From: Acetofilamentum sp. | GTDB taxonomy: Bacteria; Hydrothermota; 32-111 | DNA length: 64,000 bases | Reading direction: 5' to 3' | Assembly: GCA_020721805.1 (NCBI GenBank) | Contig: DYMB01000003.1 | Coordinates: 35,921 to 99,920, forward strand | Part shown: in pieces, positions 48,713 to 58,359 of the stretch | Numbering within the stretch: the stretch's first letter is position 1 | Layout of the letters: each line of letters opens with the position of its first letter | Translations under genes and position numbers: made by a program | The notes under the pieces: model-generated | The model's database searches: none | Told to the model about the DNA's origin: nothing | The model's input: only the letters and a program-made list of their open reading frames with translations

Positions 48713-49605
48713 AATTTTTTACTTTATTCTTTTCAATAATTTTGTTTATACTTTCATTTGCGGACCCTGTTATAATTGGATTTTCTGATGATGGGAAATA
48801 TTTTGGTTTCTATTATGAAACCGATATTATGGGCAACTTTTTTTCCGAGATCAAAATAGTTTCTTTAGAAAACAATAAACTGATTCTATATTTAAAACTC
48901 GATAGAGAAAAGAATGATTATACGGATTTGAAAGATGTTGAAAATATCTTTTATCAAAAATTTGGTGAAAATTTTAAGTTTAACGATAAAATTTCTTTTG
49001 TGAGATATTCCGGTTCACTGGATGAAGATAATTTAGTTTTTTCCAACGGTTTGAAAACCGATTTGAAGATTGAATATGAAAAGAAAAAGAATGAATATGG
49101 AACATATTCATATAACAGCATCCTTAAACAGAATGATGTTTTAAGGTTGAAGATAGATTCAAAAGTGATAGATATCTATTCCGTATATGTTTCTGAAAAT
49201 AACAAGGGGGTAATTGTTTTTAAGAGTAGAGAGTATGGATTGGAGGGAGAATATGTTGATTCCTACCATCCATTTTTTTTACATATAGATGGATTGAGTA
49301 TAGAGAAGGATGTTGAAAAAGAGATGGCTTTTAATGTAAACAAGGCTAAAAACATAATGAAGGATTTTTATGAGAAAACAGGTATATATCCACAGAATGA
49401 AACAGATTTTTTTAGATTTGGAAAGGTTCTGATAAATCCGGTTGATCAGAAAAAACCCGCGGTAATTTTTAGAACAAAAAATTTAAAGTATGATGAAAAA
49501 TATAATGGTTCGTTGATAGTTGAATATTTGGAAAGGGAAAATTACTATAATATGTGGTATTTTCTTAATGGTAATATAGTGAAGGTTGAGGGGGTATCAA
49601 GATGA
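48709..49605 (+). CDS. hypothetical secreted protein
   Basis: 298 aa with a signal peptide. It is translationally coupled to the upstream transglutaminase-like gene. Confidence 0.4.
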   Translation: MKFFTLFFSIILFILSFADPVIIGFSDDGKYFGFYYETDIMGNFFSEIKIVSLENNKLILYLKLDREKNDYTDLKDVENIFYQKFGENFKFNDKISFVRYSGSLDEDNLVFSNGLKTDLKIEYEKKKNEYGTYSYNSILKQNDVLRLKIDSKVIDIYSVYVSENNKGVIVFKSREYGLEGEYVDSYHPFFLHIDGLSIEKDVEKEMAFNVNKAKNIMKDFYEKTGIYPQNETDFFRFGKVLINPVDQKKPAVIFRTKNLKYDEKYNGSLIVEYLERENYYNMWYFLNGNIVKVEGVSR

Positions 49606-50270
49606 AAAATTTAAATTTATATTTTGATCACACATTTTTAAAACCTGAAGCGACTTTCGATGATATAAAAAGATTATGCGAAGAGTCGATAAATTATAGT
49701 TTCTATTCGGTTTGCGTGAACCAGTCATATGTGAGTTTTGCAAAAAGTTTGTTAAAAGGGAGTAATATAAAGGTTTGTGCTGTTGTTGGATTTCCTTTTG
49801 GTGCGAACGATACTGAAACAAAAATTTTTGAAACTGAAAGATCTTTGAAGTTGGGTGCGGATGAGATAGATATGGTTATGAACATAGGCTATATGAAATC
49901 AAAAAAATATGAATTTATAACAGAGGAGATAAGAAGAATAAAAAATGTTTGTGGTGATAGGATTTTAAAAGTCATAGTTGAGACTTCCCTTCTTAACCTT
50001 GAAGAAAAAAAACTCGTTGTAAAACTTTTAATGGAAGGAAATGCTGACTTTATCAAAACATCAACAGGATTTTCAACCTCTGGTGCAACGGTTGAGGATA
50101 TAAAACTTTTCAAAGATATTTCAAAAGGAAAAATTATGATTAAAGCGAGTGGTGGTATAAGGGATCTGAAAACAACTCTTTTAATGTTAGATGCTGGTGC
50201 TTTGAGGATAGGTAGTTCAAGTTCTGTAAAAATAATGAGGGAGTATTATGAATCCAATGGAAATAATTAG
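49602..50270 (+). CDS. deoC: deoxyribose-phosphate aldolase
   Basis: 222 aa. It has the Schiff-base lysine context FIKTSTGF, the KVIVET motif and IKASGGIR. Confidence 0.9.
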   Translation: MKNLNLYFDHTFLKPEATFDDIKRLCEESINYSFYSVCVNQSYVSFAKSLLKGSNIKVCAVVGFPFGANDTETKIFETERSLKLGADEIDMVMNIGYMKSKKYEFITEEIRRIKNVCGDRILKVIVETSLLNLEEKKLVVKLLMEGNADFIKTSTGFSTSGATVEDIKLFKDISKGKIMIKASGGIRDLKTTLLMLDAGALRIGSSSSVKIMREYYESNGNN

Positions 50271-51555
50271 GAAAAAAAGGGATAGTTTTGAATTGTCCTA
50301 TGATGAATTAAAATATTTCATAGATAACTATGTAAAAGGTAAAATACCTGATTATCAGGTATCAGCATTTTTGATGGCTGGATTTTTAAAAGGTTTTTCA
50401 GAACCCGAAACGAAATATTTAACTCAAATAATGATAGAATCGGGTGAAAGTTTTGATTTTTCAAATGTTGAAGGTATAAAGGTTGATAAACATTCAACGG
50501 GTGGAGTTGGTGATAAGGTTTCAATACCTTTGTTACCGATTCTTGTTTCGCTTGGATTTAAGATACCGATGGTATCGGGAAGAGGCTTGGGACATACGGG
50601 TGGTACTCTCGATAAACTCGAATCGATAGAAGGTATGGATGTTTATTTAACAAAAGAAAAGATGTATAAACTTGTAAAGGATATTGGTGGAGGATTTGGC
50701 GGACAGACAGAAAATTTTGTTCCAGCCGATAAATTTCTTTATTCTTTAAGGGATGTAACAGCAACAGTTGAATCGATACCGTTGATAACCGCATCCATTA
50801 TGAGCAAAAAACTCGCAGAGGGTATAGATTCTCTTATACTTGATGTGAAATGTGGAAACGGTGCCTTTATGAAAGAGTTTTCCGATGCGAAGATTCTTGC
50901 AGACAAAATGTTTGCAATAGGTGAATCGATGGGGAAAAAAATGGTTTATATTATTTCTGATATGAATCAGGTGCTTGGAGAGTATGCTGGGAACGGATGC
51001 GAAATTTTCGAATCTCTTGAAATTTTAAAAGGAAATATAAAAAATGATGTTTATAAATTGCTTGAAGCCATATCGGTTCTTTTAATGGAAAGAAATCAAA
51101 TCGGTTCGAACTGTGATGAAAGAAGAAAAAAGTTTAAAGATACTATAGAAAAAGGGTATGCCTATGAAAACTTTTTAAAAATTGTTTCCGCTCAAAAAGG
51201 AAAAACGGATAAATTGAAAAAAGAGGATCTCTTTTATCAAACTTCAATAAATGTAAAATCGAACAAAAAAGGTTATATCACTTTTTTTGATACCTATAGA
51301 ATCGGTTTATCACTGATACATCTCAAAGCTGGAAGGTTCAAAAAGGAGGATGGGATAGATCATAAAGCAGGTATAAGAGTTTATAAAAAACTTGGAGAGA
51401 TGGTCGAAAAGGGTGATACTATATTTGAAGTTTTTGTTGATAAGAATGGTGAATATCAAACAAGCATTGAAATGCTTAAAGAATCGTTTAAGATTGAGGA
51501 TAGTTTAAAAAATTTTGGAAATGTTGAACTTATAAAATTTATAAAGGGAGTTTAA
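50248..51555 (+). CDS. pyrimidine-nucleoside (thymidine) phosphorylase
   Basis: 435 aa. It has the phosphate-binding motif DKHSTGGVGDKVS and the TP-family N-terminus IIRKKRD...LSYDELKYFIDNY. Confidence 0.9.
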   Translation: MNPMEIIRKKRDSFELSYDELKYFIDNYVKGKIPDYQVSAFLMAGFLKGFSEPETKYLTQIMIESGESFDFSNVEGIKVDKHSTGGVGDKVSIPLLPILVSLGFKIPMVSGRGLGHTGGTLDKLESIEGMDVYLTKEKMYKLVKDIGGGFGGQTENFVPADKFLYSLRDVTATVESIPLITASIMSKKLAEGIDSLILDVKCGNGAFMKEFSDAKILADKMFAIGESMGKKMVYIISDMNQVLGEYAGNGCEIFESLEILKGNIKNDVYKLLEAISVLLMERNQIGSNCDERRKKFKDTIEKGYAYENFLKIVSAQKGKTDKLKKEDLFYQTSINVKSNKKGYITFFDTYRIGLSLIHLKAGRFKKEDGIDHKAGIRVYKKLGEMVEKGDTIFEVFVDKNGEYQTSIEMLKESFKIEDSLKNFGNVELIKFIKGV

Positions 51556-53186
51556 TGAAAAAGATAACTTTTATTTTTATCTTCTCCTTCTTCTTAATGA
51601 TATTTTGCGAAGAATTTATAGATGTAAAAGATTTAAAGATAGGGATGAAGGGTTATTGTAAAACGGTTTTTCATAAAACCGAGATAGATTCCTTTGGAGT
51701 TGAAATAATAGACATAGCAAGGGATTCATCTATGGAGATGATAATGGTAAAATGTTTCGGTGAAAACATTGAAAAAACTGGTATAGCCCAGGGGATGAGT
51801 GGAAGTCCAGTATATTTTGATGGGAAACTTGCAGGTAGTTTGAGTTATACATGGGATAATTTAAAAGAACCTGTCGGAGGTGTTACACCGATAGATAAGA
51901 TTCTTCAGTTGAAGAATTATCAGGATTTGAATAAAGAGACAAAATACCATCTTAAAGAAATATCGCTTCCCTTGATGGTTTCTGGTTTAAATGAGGATAT
52001 GATCAAACTTGGTAACAATTTAAAAATTTTCCCCCAAAATTCTATAATAACAACTGCTACGAATTTAAAGATTAAAAATGAAAAAAAGTCTGAACTTTCA
52101 CCAGGAAAAGCCATCGCTATAAAACTGGTTGATGGAGATTTTGACATTTCCGCTATAGGAACTGTAACATATGTTGAAAAGGAAAATGTCTATTCTTTGG
52201 GGCATCCTTTCACATTGAAAGGAGAGGTGAATTACCCGGTCTCTGAAGCCTATATATATACTGTCCTTCCCAAAAATGATCTTTCTTTTAAAATGGGTTT
52301 TCCACTTGAAGATAATGTTGGAGTGGCAACACAGGATAGAACATATGGGGTGCTTGCTAATCTGGAAAAAAAGGTTGATATGATAAAGGTCAAAATTCTT
52401 ATGGATGATAATGTTTATAATTTTTCTATAGTAAACGATAAAGATATCGTTTCATCCTATCTACCCTTCCTTTTTCTTTCTGCGATTTCAAAAAATTATA
52501 AATCTTCTGGAAACCTCTCCGTTAAATATTATTTTGATTTTAAATTCGCTCAAAAAAAGGATATAGTTTATGAAAATATGTTTTCAGGTCCAGAGATAAT
52601 GCCATCTCTATTTTTCGATCTTACAAACATTATAAGAAACTATATATTGAATGTTTCAAAAGATTTAAAACTTGATTTTGTGATCATAAAAACCGACATT
52701 AACGAAGAGGATCTAAATTTTTCAATAATCGATATAAAGACTGATAAAAAATATTATTTTCCCGGAGAAGAGATAAAATTGAAGATTATTCTTGAAGGGA
52801 AGAATGAAAAAGAAATCATCCATGAAGTTGGCGTAAAAATACCTGATAACTTTAAAGAGGATTCTTTAACTTTGAGAGTTTCAGGTGGCGCTGACGATTT
52901 ATTCCCTATTATGATAGAACAGGATGAGTTTTTTTCTTTTGAAGAACTCAAACTCTTCTTTGAAAACATAAAAAGAAAAAACAGTTTAAATGTAGAAATT
53001 CTATCTTTCAATAGAGGCTTTAAAGATAATGACTTTAAATTTAAAAATTATCCTGGAACTTTTATTAAGGAACAGATCAAAATGGGTAAAACATTTTTGG
53101 ATGAAAATGTTATTTCTGAAAAAAAAATTTTTACAGATTTTGTTGTTAAGGGTGATAAAAGTATAGTTTTGAAATTGTGGAGGTAA
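51555..53186 (+). CDS. secreted protein with SpoIVB-like (peptidase S55) serine-protease motif
   Basis: It has a signal peptide. GIAQGMSGSPVYFDGKLAGSLSYTW closely parallels SpoIVB [25 protein letters not shown] (catalytic Ser). A candidate His lies in GYCKTVFHK. The C-terminal 430 aa are of unknown function. Confidence 0.5.
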   Translation: MKKITFIFIFSFFLMIFCEEFIDVKDLKIGMKGYCKTVFHKTEIDSFGVEIIDIARDSSMEMIMVKCFGENIEKTGIAQGMSGSPVYFDGKLAGSLSYTWDNLKEPVGGVTPIDKILQLKNYQDLNKETKYHLKEISLPLMVSGLNEDMIKLGNNLKIFPQNSIITTATNLKIKNEKKSELSPGKAIAIKLVDGDFDISAIGTVTYVEKENVYSLGHPFTLKGEVNYPVSEAYIYTVLPKNDLSFKMGFPLEDNVGVATQDRTYGVLANLEKKVDMIKVKILMDDNVYNFSIVNDKDIVSSYLPFLFLSAISKNYKSSGNLSVKYYFDFKFAQKKDIVYENMFSGPEIMPSLFFDLTNIIRNYILNVSKDLKLDFVIIKTDINEEDLNFSIIDIKTDKKYYFPGEEIKLKIILEGKNEKEIIHEVGVKIPDNFKEDSLTLRVSGGADDLFPIMIEQDEFFSFEELKLFFENIKRKNSLNVEILSFNRGFKDNDFKFKNYPGTFIKEQIKMGKTFLDENVISEKKIFTDFVVKGDKSIVLKLWR

Positions 53187-53187
53187 A

Positions 53188-55131
53188 ATGAAGAAGAATT
53201 TAACGATGATCTTTATATTTTTTACTTTTCTCTTTTTTAATCTTTATGGTATCGAGACGGGGAAAATTATAGATGAACCATCAAACAATATTTATAATTT
53301 GAAAGCAAAGGATGGGATCCTTATCTCAAATGAAAAAATAAAAAGAGGATTCTCATTAAAACCGACCAAATACGATATTCTTGATCCGATTTATTCTATG
53401 CTTTCTTTTGAGGATAAAATTATCGTGGGAACAGGAGAGAACTGTTATATAATAAATCTTACCAAAAATGATACCATAATTAAGTTAAATCGGGGAGAGA
53501 TGGTCAGAAATCTTATACAGGTTGACAAAAATAGTTTTCTCGCATCAGTTGAACCTGATGGGATAATCTTGAAATTTGATTTAACCAAGAGAGTGGATAC
53601 AATATTTAAAAAGAAAAATTCTGTTATAAATGGTTTTGAAAAGATAGATGGTCAGATTTTTATCCTTATAGATAATGAGATATATAAATTTAAAGATAAA
53701 AATGTTGAAAAAATGTTAAAGGTTGATGATAGAAATATAATAAAAATAAAGAGACTGGATAAAAACATATTTTTTTCAACAGAAGGTGATGGTAAATTTT
53801 TTAGATTTAATGATGGAAAAATAGAAAACATAATAAGTTTTAAAAATAGTGAGATTTTAGACTTCTATTCACATAATGGTCAATATTATATTATTTTAAA
53901 CACAAATCTGAGCAGATCAACAAACCCGGCTGAAGATGACTACAATTCTTATATAATAAAGATCGATAAAAATCTTATAGATACACTTTATACTTTTGAT
54001 TCCTTTATTTCAAAAAGTGTAAAAGTTTTCGATGGTATAGTTTTGTTTTTATCCTCTCCTTTGAAATACTATTATTTTGATTTTGAAGATCTTTATTTTG
54101 GTGGAAATTTCGAATACGATTTTATAACATCAGTTTTAACCTATTTTGATAGCATACTTTTTACAACCGAAAAGAATCAATTTTTTACACTGGGAAAATC
54201 AAAAGGTAAGATTGAATTTTTTTCAACCGTGTTGGATTTGAATTCCCTGTGTAAAATAACCTCCATCTACTCTCAATTTTCCGGGAAAGAAAAATTTTAT
54301 TTCAGGTTTGGGAATTCTGTAAATGTTGATGAAACCTGGACAAGTTTTTATCCGGTCCTATCCGGATACAATTCAAACCTCCCGGCATCAAGATTCTTTC
54401 AGTATAAAGTCATATTTGATGATGAAAATGATTTTTTAAAAAAAGTTGAAATCTATTTTAGTGGAGAGAACAGAAAACCTAAAATTAAAAGAATAAAAAT
54501 CTATCCTCCGATGATCTTTCCAGATAATGTTAATTTACAGAATGTTAAGGTTAGCAGTATAAAAAAGAAAAACCTTTATCCGGAGTTTTCAAACGAAAAC
54601 ATTGTAAAGATAGATGAAAAGAGAATCTTCGTAAAATGGGAAGCATTTGACCCTGATATGGATAGGATCTCCTATTCTTTGTATTTGCTTGATAGTCACT
54701 ATTTTTATCCTGTTAGTAGATCCTTTGAGGATAGCAACTATATTTTAAACTATGATTTCCTACCAACTGAAAAATATCGATTGAAATTGGTTGCATCAGA
54801 TTCTCTTGATAATCTCTATCCACATCAAACCGAGTTTATTTCTGAAGAGTTTTTAATAGACAACACTCCACCTGTTGTGAAAGATGATATCTTTGAGAAA
54901 AATGTTTTAAAATTTTATGCTATAGATCAACATTCCTTTATAAACAAAGCTGAAATCTCTTTAAATGGAAATGAATTCTATGAAATTTTACCTGTCGATC
55001 AGATCTATGATAATAGAGAGGAGAGTTTTAAGGTAAAGATAAAATGGGATGGTAATGAGCCTTTAAACATAATCGTAAAGGTTTACGATCTTTATGGAAA
55101 TATATCTTATCTGCAAAAGTTGTTAAAATGA
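53188..55131 (+). CDS. hypothetical secreted protein (repeat/beta-propeller-like N-region, Ig-like C-region)
   Basis: 647 aa with a signal peptide. I see no catalytic motifs. Confidence 0.4.
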   Translation: MKKNLTMIFIFFTFLFFNLYGIETGKIIDEPSNNIYNLKAKDGILISNEKIKRGFSLKPTKYDILDPIYSMLSFEDKIIVGTGENCYIINLTKNDTIIKLNRGEMVRNLIQVDKNSFLASVEPDGIILKFDLTKRVDTIFKKKNSVINGFEKIDGQIFILIDNEIYKFKDKNVEKMLKVDDRNIIKIKRLDKNIFFSTEGDGKFFRFNDGKIENIISFKNSEILDFYSHNGQYYIILNTNLSRSTNPAEDDYNSYIIKIDKNLIDTLYTFDSFISKSVKVFDGIVLFLSSPLKYYYFDFEDLYFGGNFEYDFITSVLTYFDSILFTTEKNQFFTLGKSKGKIEFFSTVLDLNSLCKITSIYSQFSGKEKFYFRFGNSVNVDETWTSFYPVLSGYNSNLPASRFFQYKVIFDDENDFLKKVEIYFSGENRKPKIKRIKIYPPMIFPDNVNLQNVKVSSIKKKNLYPEFSNENIVKIDEKRIFVKWEAFDPDMDRISYSLYLLDSHYFYPVSRSFEDSNYILNYDFLPTEKYRLKLVASDSLDNLYPHQTEFISEEFLIDNTPPVVKDDIFEKNVLKFYAIDQHSFINKAEISLNGNEFYEILPVDQIYDNREESFKVKIKWDGNEPLNIIVKVYDLYGNISYLQKLLK

Positions 55132-56153
55132 GAGTAATCTTTTTTGCAAATTCTTTTAAAAATACGATTTCAAACGATCAGGTTTTAGAAGTATATGGTA
55201 AATTTTTTAAAGAAAATAATTTTAAAATAGTTCCAATATCTGATGGTGGGGATGGTTTTTTGAATCTTATAAGATATGTTTACCCTGATTCAAAAATAAA
55301 ATATTTTTTAACTTTATCACCTGAAGAAAAAAAGATTAAAGTTAAGGCTATTGAGCATAAAGATACGCTCTTTCTTGAAAGCGCCAGGATAATAGGTTTT
55401 TCAAGGATAAAGGATATTGAGAGATCTCCTGAAAAAAGAACAAGTGCGGGTATAGGTATAATTTTGAAAAAAACTTATAAAAAGTATAAAAAAATAGTTA
55501 TTGGTATAGGCGGAACAACAACTTTTGATCTGGGATGTGGAATATTTGAAGAGTTGAACTATAAGGTTAAAAAATTTTCAAAGAGCAACATACCCATAAA
55601 AATTGAAAAAGATAAGAAATCTATTTCAATCGATAATCTTTATGGTATCTGTGATGTGAGATCCAGTCTTGATGGTCCCTATGGTGCTTCTTTTTATCTT
55701 GAACAAAAGGGTGTTGAAAAAAAGAATATTATCCTTTATAGAAAAATTTTTGATCGTGTTGCAAAAGAATATAAGGTTTCTTCAAAAAGATATCTTGGAA
55801 GTGGTGGTGGCTTGGGTTTTGCCGTGAAATTTTTAAATGGGAAACTTCTGGATAATTTTTCATATCTTGAAAAAATTTTGAAATTGAAGGAAATGATCAA
55901 AAAAAATGATCTTATAGTTTTAAATGAGGGTAAATTTGATAATCAAACTTTTAATGGGAAAATAAATGGTGAAATTGTTAAACTCGGCATAAGATTTAAG
56001 AAAAAAATATATTTTATAACTGCAAAAGTTGATCTTGACGATCCTTATTATGAAAATTATGTTAATGTTATTAAACTTGATAAAAATCCAAAAGATTATA
56101 AGATTGAATTCGAAAAAAAAGTTAAACTATTAAAGGAGATCATAAATGGTTGA
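55128..56153 (+). CDS. glycerate-kinase-family protein (divergent)
   Basis: The N-terminus is RVIFFANSFKNTIS...PISDGGDGF (cf. GK IAPDSFKESLSA...ADGGEGT). It also has GIGGTTTFDLGCGIFEEL and LGSGGGLGFAV, resembling GK glycine-rich motifs. Confidence 0.45.
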   Translation: MRVIFFANSFKNTISNDQVLEVYGKFFKENNFKIVPISDGGDGFLNLIRYVYPDSKIKYFLTLSPEEKKIKVKAIEHKDTLFLESARIIGFSRIKDIERSPEKRTSAGIGIILKKTYKKYKKIVIGIGGTTTFDLGCGIFEELNYKVKKFSKSNIPIKIEKDKKSISIDNLYGICDVRSSLDGPYGASFYLEQKGVEKKNIILYRKIFDRVAKEYKVSSKRYLGSGGGLGFAVKFLNGKLLDNFSYLEKILKLKEMIKKNDLIVLNEGKFDNQTFNGKINGEIVKLGIRFKKKIYFITAKVDLDDPYYENYVNVIKLDKNPKDYKIEFEKKVKLLKEIING

Positions 56154-57075
56154 AAAGATTGGCGTTCTTTTTGGTGGTCCTTCAATTGAGAGTGAAGTTT
56201 CAAAAAGATCCGCAAATAGAGTTATTGATGCTTTAAAAAGGAAAGGTTATGATGTTGTTGGAATAGAATACGATAAGAATTTTTTTCAAAAAATTCAGAA
56301 GGTTGATAAGGTTTTCAACATAATGCATGGAAGACCCGGAGAGGATGGGCTTGTCCAATCTTTTTTTGAATATTTCAAAATTCCCTACACCGGTTCAGGG
56401 GTAATACCTTCTGCTATAACTATAAACAAATATTTAAATCAGCAAACAGTAAAATCTTTTGGAATACCTGTATTGAAATCTATATTATTGAATAAAAAGA
56501 CATATAATGATCACAAAAAAATAGTTGAAACCAATTTTAAAGGAAAAGTTATAGTAAAACCAAATACAGGTGGATCTTCTGTTGGAACATTCGTTGAAAA
56601 TTCAAATTCTTTAGAAAAAAGAATTAAAGAAGGTTTTAAAAATTTTAACGAATTTATAGTTGAAGAGTATGTTGAGAATGGATTGGAAGTAACGGTTGGA
56701 GTTATCGAGTTCAAAGGAAAAATAAAAGTTTTAACTCCATTGCAGTTAAAACCTAAAAATAGATTTTACGATTATGAGGCGAAATATACAAGCGGTATGA
56801 CTGATTTTATAATACCACCTGAACTTCCACAAAATATTATCGATAGACTTAAAGAGTATACAAGGATTATTTTTGCAAATCTCAATATGTCCTCTTTTGC
56901 GAGAGTTGATTATATAGTTGATAGGGATATGAAAATATTTGAACTTGAGGTTAATTCCATTCCGGGAATGACCCAACTTTCAGATCTTCCATATGAGGCT
57001 GAGTATGATGGGATTTCTTACGATGATCTTACAGAGGAGATTTTAAAGAGTGCGGGGGTAAAGAAAGATGCTTGA
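56146..57075 (+). CDS. ddl: D-alanine--D-alanine ligase
   Basis: 309 aa. The N-terminus is VLFGGPSIESEVSKRSA, with an ATP-grasp region (VKPNTGGSSVG) and C-terminal ARVDY...LEVNSIPGMT. Confidence 0.9.
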   Translation: MVEKIGVLFGGPSIESEVSKRSANRVIDALKRKGYDVVGIEYDKNFFQKIQKVDKVFNIMHGRPGEDGLVQSFFEYFKIPYTGSGVIPSAITINKYLNQQTVKSFGIPVLKSILLNKKTYNDHKKIVETNFKGKVIVKPNTGGSSVGTFVENSNSLEKRIKEGFKNFNEFIVEEYVENGLEVTVGVIEFKGKIKVLTPLQLKPKNRFYDYEAKYTSGMTDFIIPPELPQNIIDRLKEYTRIIFANLNMSSFARVDYIVDRDMKIFELEVNSIPGMTQLSDLPYEAEYDGISYDDLTEEILKSAGVKKDA

Positions 57076-58357
57076 AAATATCACAGAAAAATTTACAAGA
57101 ATATTTTCCAGAATAAAAAATAGAGGGAAAATAACACAGGAGGATCTTGAATCCACTTTAAAAGAGATAAAATTTATTTTACTTGAAGCTGATGTAAATT
57201 ATAAGATTGTCAATGAATTTGTAAACTCTTTAAAAACTGATCTGTTGGGAAAAGAAGTCTACAGGTCTTTAAAACCAGAACATATGATAATAAAAAGCAT
57301 TAACGATAAACTTGTAGAACTATTTTCAGAAGGCGAAAAGGATCTTCGTTTAAAAGGGGAACCTGCGATTATAGCACTTGTCGGTCTTCAGGGAAGCGGG
57401 AAGACAACAACCGCAGCAAAACTCTCTTTTTATCTTAAGCAGAAAAATAGAAACCCATTACTTGTTCCCTGTGATATAAAAAGACCTGCTGCATATGATC
57501 AGTTGAAAAAGTTAGCCGAAAAACATAATTTAAATTTTTTTGAAACAACCGTTATGGATTTGAATAAAAGAATAAAAGATTCTTTGGATTATGCATCAAA
57601 AAATAATTTTGATACCGTTATTCTGGATACTGCAGGTAGATTACATATTGATGGGGAACTTATGGATGAGTTGAAGTCTATAGATAAAAATTTTTATATA
57701 TGTGAGAAGTTGTTTGTTGGAGATTCTTTGACAGGACAGGATGCTGTAAACAGTGCCAAAATTTTTAATGATACTATCTCTCTGACTGGTATTATATTGA
57801 CGAAACTTGATGGCGATCAAAAGGGTGGAGCAGCACTCTCTATAGTTAAAATCACAAAAAAACCTATCAAATTTATCTGTAACGGTGAATATATAGATAA
57901 AATTGAAGTTTTTTATCCGGAAAGGTTTGTTTCAAGATTACTCGGTATGGGGGATATAGTTACACTTGTTGAAAAGACTGAAAATATCATAAAAGAAGAA
58001 GAGGCGAAAAAAATTGAAAAAAAATTAAAAGAGGGTAATTTTGATTTTGAAGATTATCTTGTTCAGATAAAACAGTTGAAAAAATTGGGTCCCTTCCAGG
58101 ATATAGTTAAAATGTTACCTGGAATAGGTGGTAAAATAAAATTTACCGGTATGGAAGAGGAGAATATTAAAAAGGTTGAAGCGATAATAAATTCTATGAC
58201 AATGAAAGAAAGAAAAAATCCACAACTTCTGATAAACAAGAATAGAGTAAAAAGGATAGCAAAAGGAAGTGGAACAAGTGTTGCTATGGTTAAGCAACTA
58301 CTTGTTCAACACAAAAATATGAAAAGATTTATTCAAAATTTCAAAGATTATCTTTAA
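57068..58357 (+). CDS. ffh: signal recognition particle protein
   Basis: 429 aa. It has the NG-domain GTPase motifs GLQGSGKTTT, DTAGR and TKLDG, and a Met-rich M domain. Confidence 0.95.
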   Translation: MLENITEKFTRIFSRIKNRGKITQEDLESTLKEIKFILLEADVNYKIVNEFVNSLKTDLLGKEVYRSLKPEHMIIKSINDKLVELFSEGEKDLRLKGEPAIIALVGLQGSGKTTTAAKLSFYLKQKNRNPLLVPCDIKRPAAYDQLKKLAEKHNLNFFETTVMDLNKRIKDSLDYASKNNFDTVILDTAGRLHIDGELMDELKSIDKNFYICEKLFVGDSLTGQDAVNSAKIFNDTISLTGIILTKLDGDQKGGAALSIVKITKKPIKFICNGEYIDKIEVFYPERFVSRLLGMGDIVTLVEKTENIIKEEEAKKIEKKLKEGNFDFEDYLVQIKQLKKLGPFQDIVKMLPGIGGKIKFTGMEEENIKKVEAIINSMTMKERKNPQLLINKNRVKRIAKGSGTSVAMVKQLLVQHKNMKRFIQNFKDYL

Positions 58358-58359
58358 AC

